In this document: positions 29,176 to 38,217 of the stretch, in pieces
Layout: the number at the start of each line of letters is the position of its first letter
Position numbering within the stretch: the stretch's first letter is position 1
Assembly (NCBI GenBank): GCA_965216365.1
Contig: CBDCFT010000070.1
Span: forward strand, 92,779 to 156,778
Source of the DNA: Arenicellales bacterium
GTDB taxonomy: Bacteria > Pseudomonadota > Gammaproteobacteria > Arenicellales > CBDCFT01
Direction: 5' to 3'
DNA length: 64,000 nucleotides
Notes under the pieces: model-generated
What the model was told of the DNA's origin: nothing
Database searches by the model: none
Seen by the model: the letters and a program-made list of their open reading frames with translations, nothing else
Position numbers and translations under genes: made by a program

Positions 29176-29958
29176 TTAGCTCACGGCGTATCCGCCGTCG
29201 GCCATGTACACGCCGCCGGTGCAATAGCTTGATGCATCTGAGGCGAGATACACTGCAAGGCCGGCGATATCATCGGGTGTTCCCAGCCGACCAAGCGGAA
29301 TATTTTTCACAAATCGGTCAAGAATTTCGTTGTTGCTCCACAGGGCTTCGCTAAATTTGGTTTTAATCAAGCCAGGACAAATGGCGTTGACCCTAATGTT
29401 ATCAGCCCCCCAGTCCTGAGCCATTGCCTTGGTGAGGTTGATGATCGCAGCCTTACTCACGCTATAAATGCCAATGCCGGTTTCAGGAGTCAAGCCACCG
29501 ATCGAGCTGATGTGAATAATCGATCCACCGCCCCGTTGCTTAAGAATCGGGTGAGCCTTTTTACATAACTCGAACGGGCCTTTTAAGTTTACGTCGATAA
29601 TCTTGTCAAAAGCGCGTTCGTCCGTATTTTGTATTGGCCCGAACACCGGGTTAGCCGCGGCGTTATTAACGACAATATCGATGCCGCTGTAGGTTTCGAC
29701 AGTTTTATCGACCAGTGTATGAATGTGTTCCGCATTTCCCATGTTTGCGGCGATGCCGGTCGCCTCCAAACCGTCGGCGTTAAACGAATTAGCTACCGCG
29801 TCCACGGCTTCCTGTTTGCGGCTACTGACAACAACTTTAGCACCAAACTCTGCCAGACCGCGTGCTATTGCTTCGCCAATGCCTTTGCTTGCACCGGTGA
29901 CCAGTGCAACTTTTCCATCCAGCTCAAACATCGGTGGTATACGTTTTGAACTCGTCAT
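29176..29958 (-). CDS. Short-chain dehydrogenase (DHRS4-like)
   Basis: TGASKGIG, SSRKQ, NNAAANP, YSVSK, PGLIKTKFS. Confidence 0.92.
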   Translation of the reverse strand: MTSSKRIPPMFELDGKVALVTGASKGIGEAIARGLAEFGAKVVVSSRKQEAVDAVANSFNADGLEATGIAANMGNAEHIHTLVDKTVETYSGIDIVVNNAAANPVFGPIQNTDERAFDKIIDVNLKGPFELCKKAHPILKQRGGGSIIHISSIGGLTPETGIGIYSVSKAAIINLTKAMAQDWGADNIRVNAICPGLIKTKFSEALWSNNEILDRFVKNIPLGRLGTPDDIAGLAVYLASDASSYCTGGVYMADGGYAVS

Positions 29959-30023
29959 TGTTGTATGTGGGTTTTTCGTCTCGCCAAAGTTCTGTGGTTC
30001 ACAAAAAGTGTATCACCCGACAG

Positions 30024-30854
30024 TCACCGTGTGTTGCGACAAAGATTCGCGCGCAGAAAATCAACAATCGGCTCGATAAACAACGCTGGTTGTTCCATCA
30101 TTCCAAGATGTTGCAGGTGCGGAATAATAATGGTTTTTGCGTTTTTAATTTCTTTGGCGATGGCTCGTGTCATTGCCGGCGTACTGCCGCTGTCGTTTTC
30201 GCAGGTGATGACCAACGTGGGTTGAGCGATGGGCGGTTGCGGGCGGATCAGTTCGACAACGCCCGTGGCTAATACGTGACGGCTTTGCGTGTAGGTGTCC
30301 GGATCGTTGCTGAGTATCCATTGTGTCACTTCGTTAATCACATCTGTTTGCGTCACAAGAAACTCAGGCGTAAACCAGCGTTCGAGGGATGTTTGCAAAG
30401 TCGCTGCCGGACCGCCATCGGCGGTTTGTGCGAGTCGCTGTTCCACCAGTTTTTGTGCTTCCGGGCTGCGTTCATGTGGCGAGTTTAGAATGATCAAGGC
30501 ACTCACGCGCCCGGGACAGTCCATGGCGAAACGGCGGTTAATCATGCCACCCATGGAGAATCCCACCAGTGCGCAGCGCTCGATGTTAAGTTCGTCGAGT
30601 AGCTCGCGAAGTTGATTCGCGAAAACGGTTAACGACAATTTCACGCATGCAGGCGTGCTTTCGCCGTGACCGCATAAGTCATAGTTGAGGACACGGTAAT
30701 TTTTCGATAATATGGATTCGTAGTCACGCCAGACGTGTCGGTTAAGGCCGATGCCGTGAATGAGGGTGACAACCGGCGCGTTATCCGGGCCGCTTAATTG
30801 ATACGCGGTTCCGTTACGTGATATAGGCATTAAAAATTTTCCCACCATAGGCAT
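30024..30854 (-). CDS. Alpha/beta hydrolase, 3-oxoadipate enol-lactonase-like
   Basis: HGIG, GFSMGG nucleophile elbow, ERWFT. Confidence 0.85.
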   Translation of the reverse strand: MPMVGKFLMPISRNGTAYQLSGPDNAPVVTLIHGIGLNRHVWRDYESILSKNYRVLNYDLCGHGESTPACVKLSLTVFANQLRELLDELNIERCALVGFSMGGMINRRFAMDCPGRVSALIILNSPHERSPEAQKLVEQRLAQTADGGPAATLQTSLERWFTPEFLVTQTDVINEVTQWILSNDPDTYTQSRHVLATGVVELIRPQPPIAQPTLVITCENDSGSTPAMTRAIAKEIKNAKTIIIPHLQHLGMMEQPALFIEPIVDFLRANLCRNTR

Positions 30855-30935
30855 TTAACAACGGTTCGCCGACCTGCAGGCTGTCACCATAAGTATCGAA
30901 TAAATCGCCGGTTTTATGAGACATGGGGTTTTTGA

Positions 30936-31868
30936 TTAAAAGTCTTCTTCCCGTGCTCTGACAACGGCACTGACCACTTCGTTATAAGGTGCCTGGGTAC
31001 CTATTTCTTGTGCGATAACGGGAACCATACCGTTAATTGCATCGATTTCGGAGCGGCGTTTAGCCAAGTGATCCAGCAGCATCGATGGCCGTGCATTCGG
31101 CATTCGTTCACCGAATGCGGTGACATAGGCTATCGGATCATCGAAAGTGATATTGATGTTTTTTGCGCGGCCGGCGGCGTAGGCTTCCAGTGCGCATTGT
31201 TGCGCGATGTTCCAGGCATCAGGATTGGCCATGAGTTCACCCAGCGTTTTATTAAATACGGTACAAGGCGCGCTGAAAGTGACATTGCAGATGAATTTTT
31301 CCCAGATCAGTTGGTTGATGTCGGCATAGGACTCGGCGTTGAAACCGGCATCGCGCCATAGCTTGACGACATTTTCAACACGACCATTATTATCATTGCC
31401 TGTTTGCATAGCGCCTATTCGAATCAAACTCATGTCCTCATGCCGTACATGACCGGGTCCTTTCATTGCCGCGCCGAAACCTTGCGCCACGCCCAGCAAG
31501 ACATTGTCAGTGGGCATGCATTGCGCGATGCGTTCGCCGGAACCCAAACCGTTTTGTATGGTCAGCACAAGTGTTTTATCGTCTAACAGTGGCGTAATTG
31601 ATTTTGCCGCCGCTGCGACGCCCGACGCCTTGGTAGCGATAATCACCAGTTCACAAACGCCGATGTTTTCGATATCGGCGTTTGTCGAAACCTGAATCTT
31701 GGTTACCGTACGATTGCCGCTTGCACCCTCGATACGCAGGCCGTGGTCGTGTATTGTGGTCAAGTGTTCCTGCCATAGATCCGTAACCCACACTTCGTTG
31801 CCGGCGTCTGCCAGTAACCCGGCGTAAATCGACCCCATTGCCCCGGCGCCTATGACTGCAATTTTCAT
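30936..31868 (-). CDS. Ketopantoate reductase family protein (PanE/ApbA)
   Basis: GAGAMG, QNGLG, WEKFICN, SMLLD, EIDAING. Confidence 0.88.
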   Translation of the reverse strand: MKIAVIGAGAMGSIYAGLLADAGNEVWVTDLWQEHLTTIHDHGLRIEGASGNRTVTKIQVSTNADIENIGVCELVIIATKASGVAAAAKSITPLLDDKTLVLTIQNGLGSGERIAQCMPTDNVLLGVAQGFGAAMKGPGHVRHEDMSLIRIGAMQTGNDNNGRVENVVKLWRDAGFNAESYADINQLIWEKFICNVTFSAPCTVFNKTLGELMANPDAWNIAQQCALEAYAAGRAKNINITFDDPIAYVTAFGERMPNARPSMLLDHLAKRRSEIDAINGMVPVIAQEIGTQAPYNEVVSAVVRAREEDF

Positions 31869-31975
31869 TCTGAGACTTTTGCAGTAGGCTTCTGTTGTTT
31901 ATGTGTAAGTAAAATCATGATTTGACCAATGATTTCGTAATTGAGTGACTTTATACTAATTCATATCTGAATTAT

Positions 31976-32064
31976 TTGTCATTTCGAGCAACGCGAGAAA
32001 TCTTTTCCAGCATAGAAGACTGCTCAACAACAAATAAGATTTCTCCCTTCGGTCGAAATGACAA
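31976..32064. repeat. REP/RPE-like palindromic element (TGTCATTTCG...CGAAATGACA)
   Basis: 12 bp terminal inverted repeat TTGTCATTTCGA/TCGAAATGACAA plus an inner pair GAGAAATCTT/AAGATTTCTC. Confidence 0.75.
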
Positions 32065-32094
32065 GATGGGTGTAAATCCGGTATTCAAACTCCC

Positions 32095-33243
32095 ATGTTA
32101 ACGAAAATATTTTGCATAGACGATGCTCGCAACGCCGCCAAGCGGCGGCTGCCACGCATGATATTCGATTATATCGACGGTGCGACGGGCGCGGAGAATT
32201 TAAAACACCACAACACCGCATTGATCGATCAGATTCGTTTGCAGCCGCGTGTTTTAGTCAACGTTGAAAACCGTAGTTTGCGTAAAGCCTTTCTTGGGCG
32301 TGAATGGGATTTGCCCATAGGCATTGCCCCTATGGGTATGTGTAACCTGACTTGGCCGGATGCGGATGCGATGCTCGCCGCCGCCGCATCGCGTCATGAT
32401 ATTCCACTGTGTATGTCGACAGCGGCATCGAGCACGTTGGAGGATACACGCAAACGCGCAGGCGACAATACCTGGTTTCAACTCTATGTCGGGCAGTCGG
32501 AAGAGTTAGCGCTGGATTTTATACGCCGTGCTGAAACCGCAGGCTATCAAGTCCTGGTTCTTACCGTTGATGTGCCCCAAGTCGCGCCGCGTTTGCGTGA
32601 TTTACGCAATGGCTTTGAGACACCGTTCAAAATTCGCCCAAAACAGTTTTTGGATTTCGCATTACATCCGCAGTGGTCGATTTCAACACTATTAAAAGGC
32701 ATTCCGCGCACAGCGAATTATCCGGCGGACAGTGGCGACAAGGCTTTCGTGCGCGGCGAAAGTCGGGGCCACGTTGATTGGGATTTTCTTAAACGATTGC
32801 GCGATCGTTGGTCACGAAAACTGATCGTCAAAGGTGTGTTGTCGCCGGAGGATGCGGTGGGGGTTCGTGATGCCGGAGTTGACGCGGTTTATGTGTCGAA
32901 TCACGGTGGTCGCCAACTCGACAGCGGCCCGCCAGCGATTCAAATGTTGCCCTTGATTCGCGCGGCGGTCGGCAAAGATTATCCGTTACTATTCGATAGC
33001 GGCGTACGCAACGGTGAAGGTGTTATTAAGGCGCTGGCGTTGGGCGCGGATTTCGTTATGCTGGGCCGACCATTTTTATATGGCATTGGCGCGGCGGGAA
33101 CACAAGGTTTAGCAAGGATCATCGATATTCTCGCATCCGAAATGAGTCTGACGCTTGCACAACTGGGCAAACCGGATATAAATGACATTGATCGCAGCGT
33201 GATTGTTGATACTGACCTGCGATCATTCGGGTCATTGATATAG
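32095..33243 (+). CDS. FMN-dependent alpha-hydroxy acid dehydrogenase (LldD/MdlB family)
   Basis: FDYIDG, WFQLY, LTVD, KG, SNHGGRQLD, DSGVR, GRP. Confidence 0.93.
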   Translation: MLTKIFCIDDARNAAKRRLPRMIFDYIDGATGAENLKHHNTALIDQIRLQPRVLVNVENRSLRKAFLGREWDLPIGIAPMGMCNLTWPDADAMLAAAASRHDIPLCMSTAASSTLEDTRKRAGDNTWFQLYVGQSEELALDFIRRAETAGYQVLVLTVDVPQVAPRLRDLRNGFETPFKIRPKQFLDFALHPQWSISTLLKGIPRTANYPADSGDKAFVRGESRGHVDWDFLKRLRDRWSRKLIVKGVLSPEDAVGVRDAGVDAVYVSNHGGRQLDSGPPAIQMLPLIRAAVGKDYPLLFDSGVRNGEGVIKALALGADFVMLGRPFLYGIGAAGTQGLARIIDILASEMSLTLAQLGKPDINDIDRSVIVDTDLRSFGSLI

Positions 33244-33283
33244 TTAAACATAGAACAAATTAGTGAATGCGGGGAAAACAACA

Positions 33284-35005
33284 ATGAAAATTCGTGGTGG
33301 TGCGTTGCTTGCGCGCGCATTTAAAGAGAAAGGCGTCGAGCAGGTTTTCACATTAAGCGGCGGATTTTGTAACCCGGCGCTGGAAGGATTCATGCAATGT
33401 GGCATTCCCGTCATCAACGCCCCGCATGAACAGGTAGCAGGTCATCTTGCGGATGGTTACACGCGAATCACGCGTAAACCCGCAGTTTGTCTGGTTGGCC
33501 CGGAAGGTTTCGCCAATGCCGTGCCGTCGATGATGGAAGCCTGGGGCGAACGTTCACCGGTTATTTTTGTCACGGGTTCGAGCACCTTGAAACGCCAGGG
33601 CGCGGGCGGGTTTAAGGAAATAGACGATGTCGCCATCGCCGCACCGCTGACCAAGTACAGCGCATCGGTGACGGACGGCGAACGCATTCCCGAGTTTGTT
33701 GATCGTGCCTTCAAAATCGCGATCAGCGGTTATCCCGGACCGGTGCATCTGAGTATTCCGGTGGACATCATGTTCAGCTCGTTTGAGGAAGACGTGCAAC
33801 GTGACGAACGGCCTTTTAACCGAGCGGCGACCCAACCGGCGCGGGCATGGCCGTGTCCGGATGATCTTGTGGATGTTCTTGACCTTATAAAAAATGCGCA
33901 ACGCCCTGTGTTAATTGGCGGTCATGGTGTTTGGTGGTCGGGTGCGGAACACAAACTGGAGGAGGTCGGGATAAAAATGGGTATTCCGGTGTTTAATGTT
34001 CCCTATCATCAAAAACTATTAGGCGAGGAATGCGAAGCCTACATGGGTTTGGCGGATATTCACCAGTATGCGCCATCGCAGTACGCGTTACAGGAATCCG
34101 ATGTTGTGATTATGGTGGGTTGCCGGTTGGACAATCAGATGAATTTCGGTAACCCGCCGTTTATCCCTAAATCAACGCAACTGATTTGCGTTAACGGCTC
34201 GCATGAGGAGGTTGATCTTAATCGCGCGGCGGATAAAACGTTGCTCAGTGATCCGGGTGCGTTTCTTGATGCGTTGCTGCAGCTAAAAGATGATGGGCAG
34301 TGGCAGTTGGATAGAACATGGTTTGATACGAATAGATTGAAGCGTGGCGAATGGGTCGACCAGACGCTGCAAGACTTGCCGAGCGTTGATGAAACCGAAG
34401 GCAAGCTGCATCCGTTGCAACTCGCACTCGATGTGCAGGCGGCGATGGGCGATAGCGATTGGTTGGTAATCGACGGCGGCAATACGCATTTCTGGTCGGA
34501 GATTGCCGTTAATATTGCCGGTTGGAAAGGCCAAAAGCTTGGCAACATTTTGCATCCCGGCACATTCAGTATGCTCGGCGTCGGCGTATCTTTCGCAACG
34601 ACAGCAAAACTCACGCATCCAAATGCTAATGTGGTTGTCATCAGCGGTGACGGCGCATTTTTATCCGGTGGACTCAGTATCGAGGCGGCGTTTCAGGAGA
34701 ATCTTCCTATCGTTGTCGTGATCGATAACAATGGCGGGCTGGATTGTATTTCTCAGCAACAGGAACGTATGTTTGAAAGCGAAAAACACTTCGCCACCGA
34801 CTTTCGTGATATCCCGTTTCACAGTATGTTCGAAAGTCTGGGTGGGCATGGCGAGTTGGTCGAAACACGCGAACAATTAGCGCCGGCTTTGCGACGGGCT
34901 ATCGCCAGTGGCAAGACGGCTTGTGTGAATGTAAAAACGAAAGGGTATATTAGTCCCATCGTATTAGCGACCACCAGTAAGCGTGACAAAGCGTCGATAG
35001 AATAA
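33284..35005 (+). CDS. ThDP-dependent enzyme (IlvB-like / 2-hydroxyacyl-CoA lyase-like clade)
   Basis: PHEQ catalytic Glu; GDGAF...NNGG ThDP motif. Confidence 0.85.
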   Translation: MKIRGGALLARAFKEKGVEQVFTLSGGFCNPALEGFMQCGIPVINAPHEQVAGHLADGYTRITRKPAVCLVGPEGFANAVPSMMEAWGERSPVIFVTGSSTLKRQGAGGFKEIDDVAIAAPLTKYSASVTDGERIPEFVDRAFKIAISGYPGPVHLSIPVDIMFSSFEEDVQRDERPFNRAATQPARAWPCPDDLVDVLDLIKNAQRPVLIGGHGVWWSGAEHKLEEVGIKMGIPVFNVPYHQKLLGEECEAYMGLADIHQYAPSQYALQESDVVIMVGCRLDNQMNFGNPPFIPKSTQLICVNGSHEEVDLNRAADKTLLSDPGAFLDALLQLKDDGQWQLDRTWFDTNRLKRGEWVDQTLQDLPSVDETEGKLHPLQLALDVQAAMGDSDWLVIDGGNTHFWSEIAVNIAGWKGQKLGNILHPGTFSMLGVGVSFATTAKLTHPNANVVVISGDGAFLSGGLSIEAAFQENLPIVVVIDNNGGLDCISQQQERMFESEKHFATDFRDIPFHSMFESLGGHGELVETREQLAPALRRAIASGKTACVNVKTKGYISPIVLATTSKRDKASIE

Positions 35006-35007
35006 AA

Positions 35008-35358
35008 ATGGCAATAGTCTCATCACATATTCTGGATTCAGTCGCGGGGACACACGCTGGTGGTATCAGGGTTGAATTGTTTTGTTTGCATGATGATGGA
35101 ACCAAAGAACTCGTGTTCGAAGTCATTGCAAACGAAGAAGGTCGCATTGCCGAAACGATTGACATTGATAATTCGAATTCGACCGAACAATACGAGTTGG
35201 TTTTTCACACTGCGGATTATTTCCCATCGCCTGCAATGGGTTCCAGGCAAGTGATGGATTTAGTCGTCGTGCGTTTGACGCTGGACAATCCCGAGGCGCG
35301 TTATCACATACCGCTGGTGCTGTCTCCGCATTCCTATACAATCTGGTGGTCCAGTTAG
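35008..35358 (+). CDS. Transthyretin-like / hydroxyisourate hydrolase family protein, non-canonical C-terminus
   Basis: SSHILD, GRI, YHIPL are present; ends YTIWWSS instead of YRGS. Confidence 0.8.
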   Translation: MAIVSSHILDSVAGTHAGGIRVELFCLHDDGTKELVFEVIANEEGRIAETIDIDNSNSTEQYELVFHTADYFPSPAMGSRQVMDLVVVRLTLDNPEARYHIPLVLSPHSYTIWWSS

Positions 35359-36512
35359 TGGACGATGTTGTGGTATCCGCGCCGCGTTTGACGGTTTCGC
35401 GCCGCCAGCGTTCGACGCCGTACACACCACGTATCGAAGCGTTGGGCGTTTCCGATTATTCCATCGTTAATCGAACCATTTTGCCCAAGGGTTTTGGCCG
35501 TTCGGTCGAAGACGACTATTGGCATCTGCGCGAGCATGTGCAGTTGTGGGATGTCAGTTGTCAGCGCCAGGTTGAACTGAAAGGAAAAGATGCCGAGCGA
35601 TTAATGCAGATGATGACGCCGCGTGATTTACGCAACGCAACAGTTGGGCAGTGTTTATATGCGCCGTTGATTGATCAAAACGCGGGCATGATAAACGATC
35701 CGGTTATTTTGAAACTGGCGCAAGATCATTATTGGTTGTCCATTGCTGATGCCGATGTATTATTGTGGGCTAAAGGTCTTGCAGTTGGCTTTGGTTTTGA
35801 CGTCACAATCGATGAACCCGACGTGTCGCCACTTGCGGTGCAAGGTCCGAAGTCAGATGCATTGATGGCAAAGGTGTTTGGCGAAGCGGTGCGAAAGATA
35901 CGATTTTTCCGCTTCGAAAAGCTAAACTTCAATGACCATCCGCTCATCGTCGCGCGTTCGGGTTACAGCATGCAAGGTGGTTTTGAAATTTATCTCGACG
36001 ACAGCGCATTGGGTCTGGATCTTTGGGATGCTCTTTGGCAGGCAGGTTTGGAATTGAACATGCGAGCAGGTTGCCCTAATCTGATTGAACGGATAGAAGG
36101 CGGCCTGTTGTCCTACGGCAATGAAATGACGTGTGCGAATAATCCGCTGGAATGCGGGTTGGCACGGTATTGCCAACTGGACGGTTCGATAGATTTCATT
36201 GGCAAAGAAGCGTTGTTGGAAATTAACAAATCCGGGCCAGAGCGACAAATACGCGGCGTACTATTCGATGGCGAACCTTGCCCGCCTTGCGCAACACCCT
36301 GGCCAATAAACGTTGACGATAATGTCGTTGGTCATGTCACCAGCGCCATCTGGTCGCCGCGCTTCAAACGTAATGTCGCGCTAGGCATGGTTGATCGTGG
36401 TTATTGGCAAGCAGGTCAGAAAGTCTCAGTGGAAAGCAGCGATTGCTTACCGCGTAATGGCAACGTGGTTTCGCTTCCGTTTGACGACGTAAATATCGGC
36501 ACCGCGATGTAG
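35346..36512 (+). CDS. dmdA: DMSP demethylase-like GcvT family aminomethyltransferase
   Basis: HLREHVQLWDV, NDPVILKL, EPDVSPLAVQGP, IRFF, ARSG.S.QGGFEIY, RAGCPNLIERIEGGLLSYGN match DmdA as recalled. Confidence 0.75.
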   Translation: MVQLVDDVVVSAPRLTVSRRQRSTPYTPRIEALGVSDYSIVNRTILPKGFGRSVEDDYWHLREHVQLWDVSCQRQVELKGKDAERLMQMMTPRDLRNATVGQCLYAPLIDQNAGMINDPVILKLAQDHYWLSIADADVLLWAKGLAVGFGFDVTIDEPDVSPLAVQGPKSDALMAKVFGEAVRKIRFFRFEKLNFNDHPLIVARSGYSMQGGFEIYLDDSALGLDLWDALWQAGLELNMRAGCPNLIERIEGGLLSYGNEMTCANNPLECGLARYCQLDGSIDFIGKEALLEINKSGPERQIRGVLFDGEPCPPCATPWPINVDDNVVGHVTSAIWSPRFKRNVALGMVDRGYWQAGQKVSVESSDCLPRNGNVVSLPFDDVNIGTAM

Positions 36513-36513
36513 T

Positions 36514-37413
36514 GTGATAAATAGCTGGTTTTTGGAATCAACTCAAATTATGACTTCAATTTCGAATATCTTGGGTAAATTTGGTGAAATAGTTCAACCA
36601 ATTGTTGACGGTGTTTCACACGATGTGGTTGGAAGTTGTTATCGATTTACAGACGAACATGAATTTAAACGACTGCTACCAGAAGAAATGGCTCGCGTCT
36701 ACTGGAGTGAATTACTTTATCGTGCACACTGGGCTGCGTCTTCCAATATATTACGTCACAAGCGTTGGGCGGATGCTTGCGTTACACTTTACGAGCACAA
36801 CGCTAATTATTTGGCGTTTTGTGTCGCATTGCGCGGACTAACAGAATCATCCGCAGACGCAGCACACTCCCTTGGTGCGGTTGCTTTAACACTGGCCGAG
36901 AATCATCAATACATATCTACGGCCTTGAACGGCACGGCGACCGGTGTCGGTCTGTGCAAAGACTTAGAAGATATGCTAATTCACTTTCAGTATGCTCGAA
37001 AGTTAAAAAAAGATGAATTCGCGCCTGTGCAACATAAAGCAGAAAATCTGACAACTTATATTAAATCGATCGAACTACAAGTCGATCCAATAGTTATGCC
37101 TCTCTACCAACACTTATGTGGAATCGTTCATCCGGCTGCAGACTCGTTGCACTGGTTGTCAACGAATGTTGATGGTGCTGCCTCACCTTCTCCTGGTGAC
37201 GATAAGGAATGGGTTCGTGCGTTGTGTGATAAACATTGCGATGCAATTGAACATGTGCAGATGATGAGTGTTAATACATCGATACTTATACTGAAGACCA
37301 TTAATTTCTTTGACTTATCGGGGCTTCGTACAGAGAGCGTAGAGCGAATTAACACGAGCACTATCGAGATGTGGAATAAAATAGATCGTGTGCTGAACAA
37401 AAATACGCGATAA
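36514..37413 (+). CDS. Hypothetical protein
   Basis: 299 aa ORF with AT-richer codons; no confident family. Confidence 0.65.
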   Translation: MINSWFLESTQIMTSISNILGKFGEIVQPIVDGVSHDVVGSCYRFTDEHEFKRLLPEEMARVYWSELLYRAHWAASSNILRHKRWADACVTLYEHNANYLAFCVALRGLTESSADAAHSLGAVALTLAENHQYISTALNGTATGVGLCKDLEDMLIHFQYARKLKKDEFAPVQHKAENLTTYIKSIELQVDPIVMPLYQHLCGIVHPAADSLHWLSTNVDGAASPSPGDDKEWVRALCDKHCDAIEHVQMMSVNTSILILKTINFFDLSGLRTESVERINTSTIEMWNKIDRVLNKNTR

Positions 37414-37521
37414 CGTATATTTATTGCAGGAAGTAGACCTTACACATTTTTTCGAGGAAAAACTTAGTCTCCGCACGATGTAGTAAGTTTCCAATCTCAT
37501 CAATCGAGGATTTACAAATTC

Positions 37522-38061
37522 ATGGATGCACTAGGTCGGTCATTGTTAGTTTTGAGTGTCGGTATTTTTGGATCCGTCTACGCCGATTCATGGATGTTTG
37601 ATAAAGAGATTAAAAAAGATACGTTTACTCTTGGAGAAATCGAAGTCGTCAGAATAATTGATACTACAGAAAATCAGATTCATCCTGAGTACAAGTTACA
37701 AGTCAACCGTGACGGAAAACAAGTCGCGCTACATAAGACCCTTACGTTTGATGCAGTGACGTCATTTGACAAAGGTAACTATCTACTTGGTGTTTCAAAC
37801 TCGGGTTTATCGACGTTTGCGTACTTCATTTTAGATTCATCGGGAAAGTTAGTTAAAACAGCGAATCACTCAGATAAACTTCACTACTGCAAGCATTCTG
37901 TAACTTTGGTAAGAAAATGGGTTAACGATCAAAGTCTCAATATCGAAGAAAAATACAAAACACTCCAGAACGATTCCGATCCCAGTAATCCTTCTGTCAC
38001 GTTGGAAAGTGTGACGGTTGACGGTTGCAATGGAGAGAAGGTAGAGGTGTGGGCACAGTAA
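37522..38061 (+). CDS. Hypothetical secreted protein
   Basis: Signal peptide ending VYA-D; GAGG RBS; two Cys. Confidence 0.7.
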   Translation: MDALGRSLLVLSVGIFGSVYADSWMFDKEIKKDTFTLGEIEVVRIIDTTENQIHPEYKLQVNRDGKQVALHKTLTFDAVTSFDKGNYLLGVSNSGLSTFAYFILDSSGKLVKTANHSDKLHYCKHSVTLVRKWVNDQSLNIEEKYKTLQNDSDPSNPSVTLESVTVDGCNGEKVEVWAQ

Positions 38062-38174
38062 TCGTTAGCTCGCCTGATTTACTCATTCGTTGTTTGTAAA
38101 ACACCGACATTGACGGGTCGAGATTCAGGTTAAAAGAATGTTTTAACTGTACGTCTTAGTTTTATCCGCAACGT

Positions 38175-38196
38175 AAGTGTTTGCGAACAAACACTT
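38175..38196. terminator. Hairpin, probable terminator between convergent genes
   Basis: AAGTGTTTG-cgaa-CAAACACTT. Confidence 0.55.
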
Positions 38197-38217
38197 TCTG
38201 TTGATTATTCAATTGGG

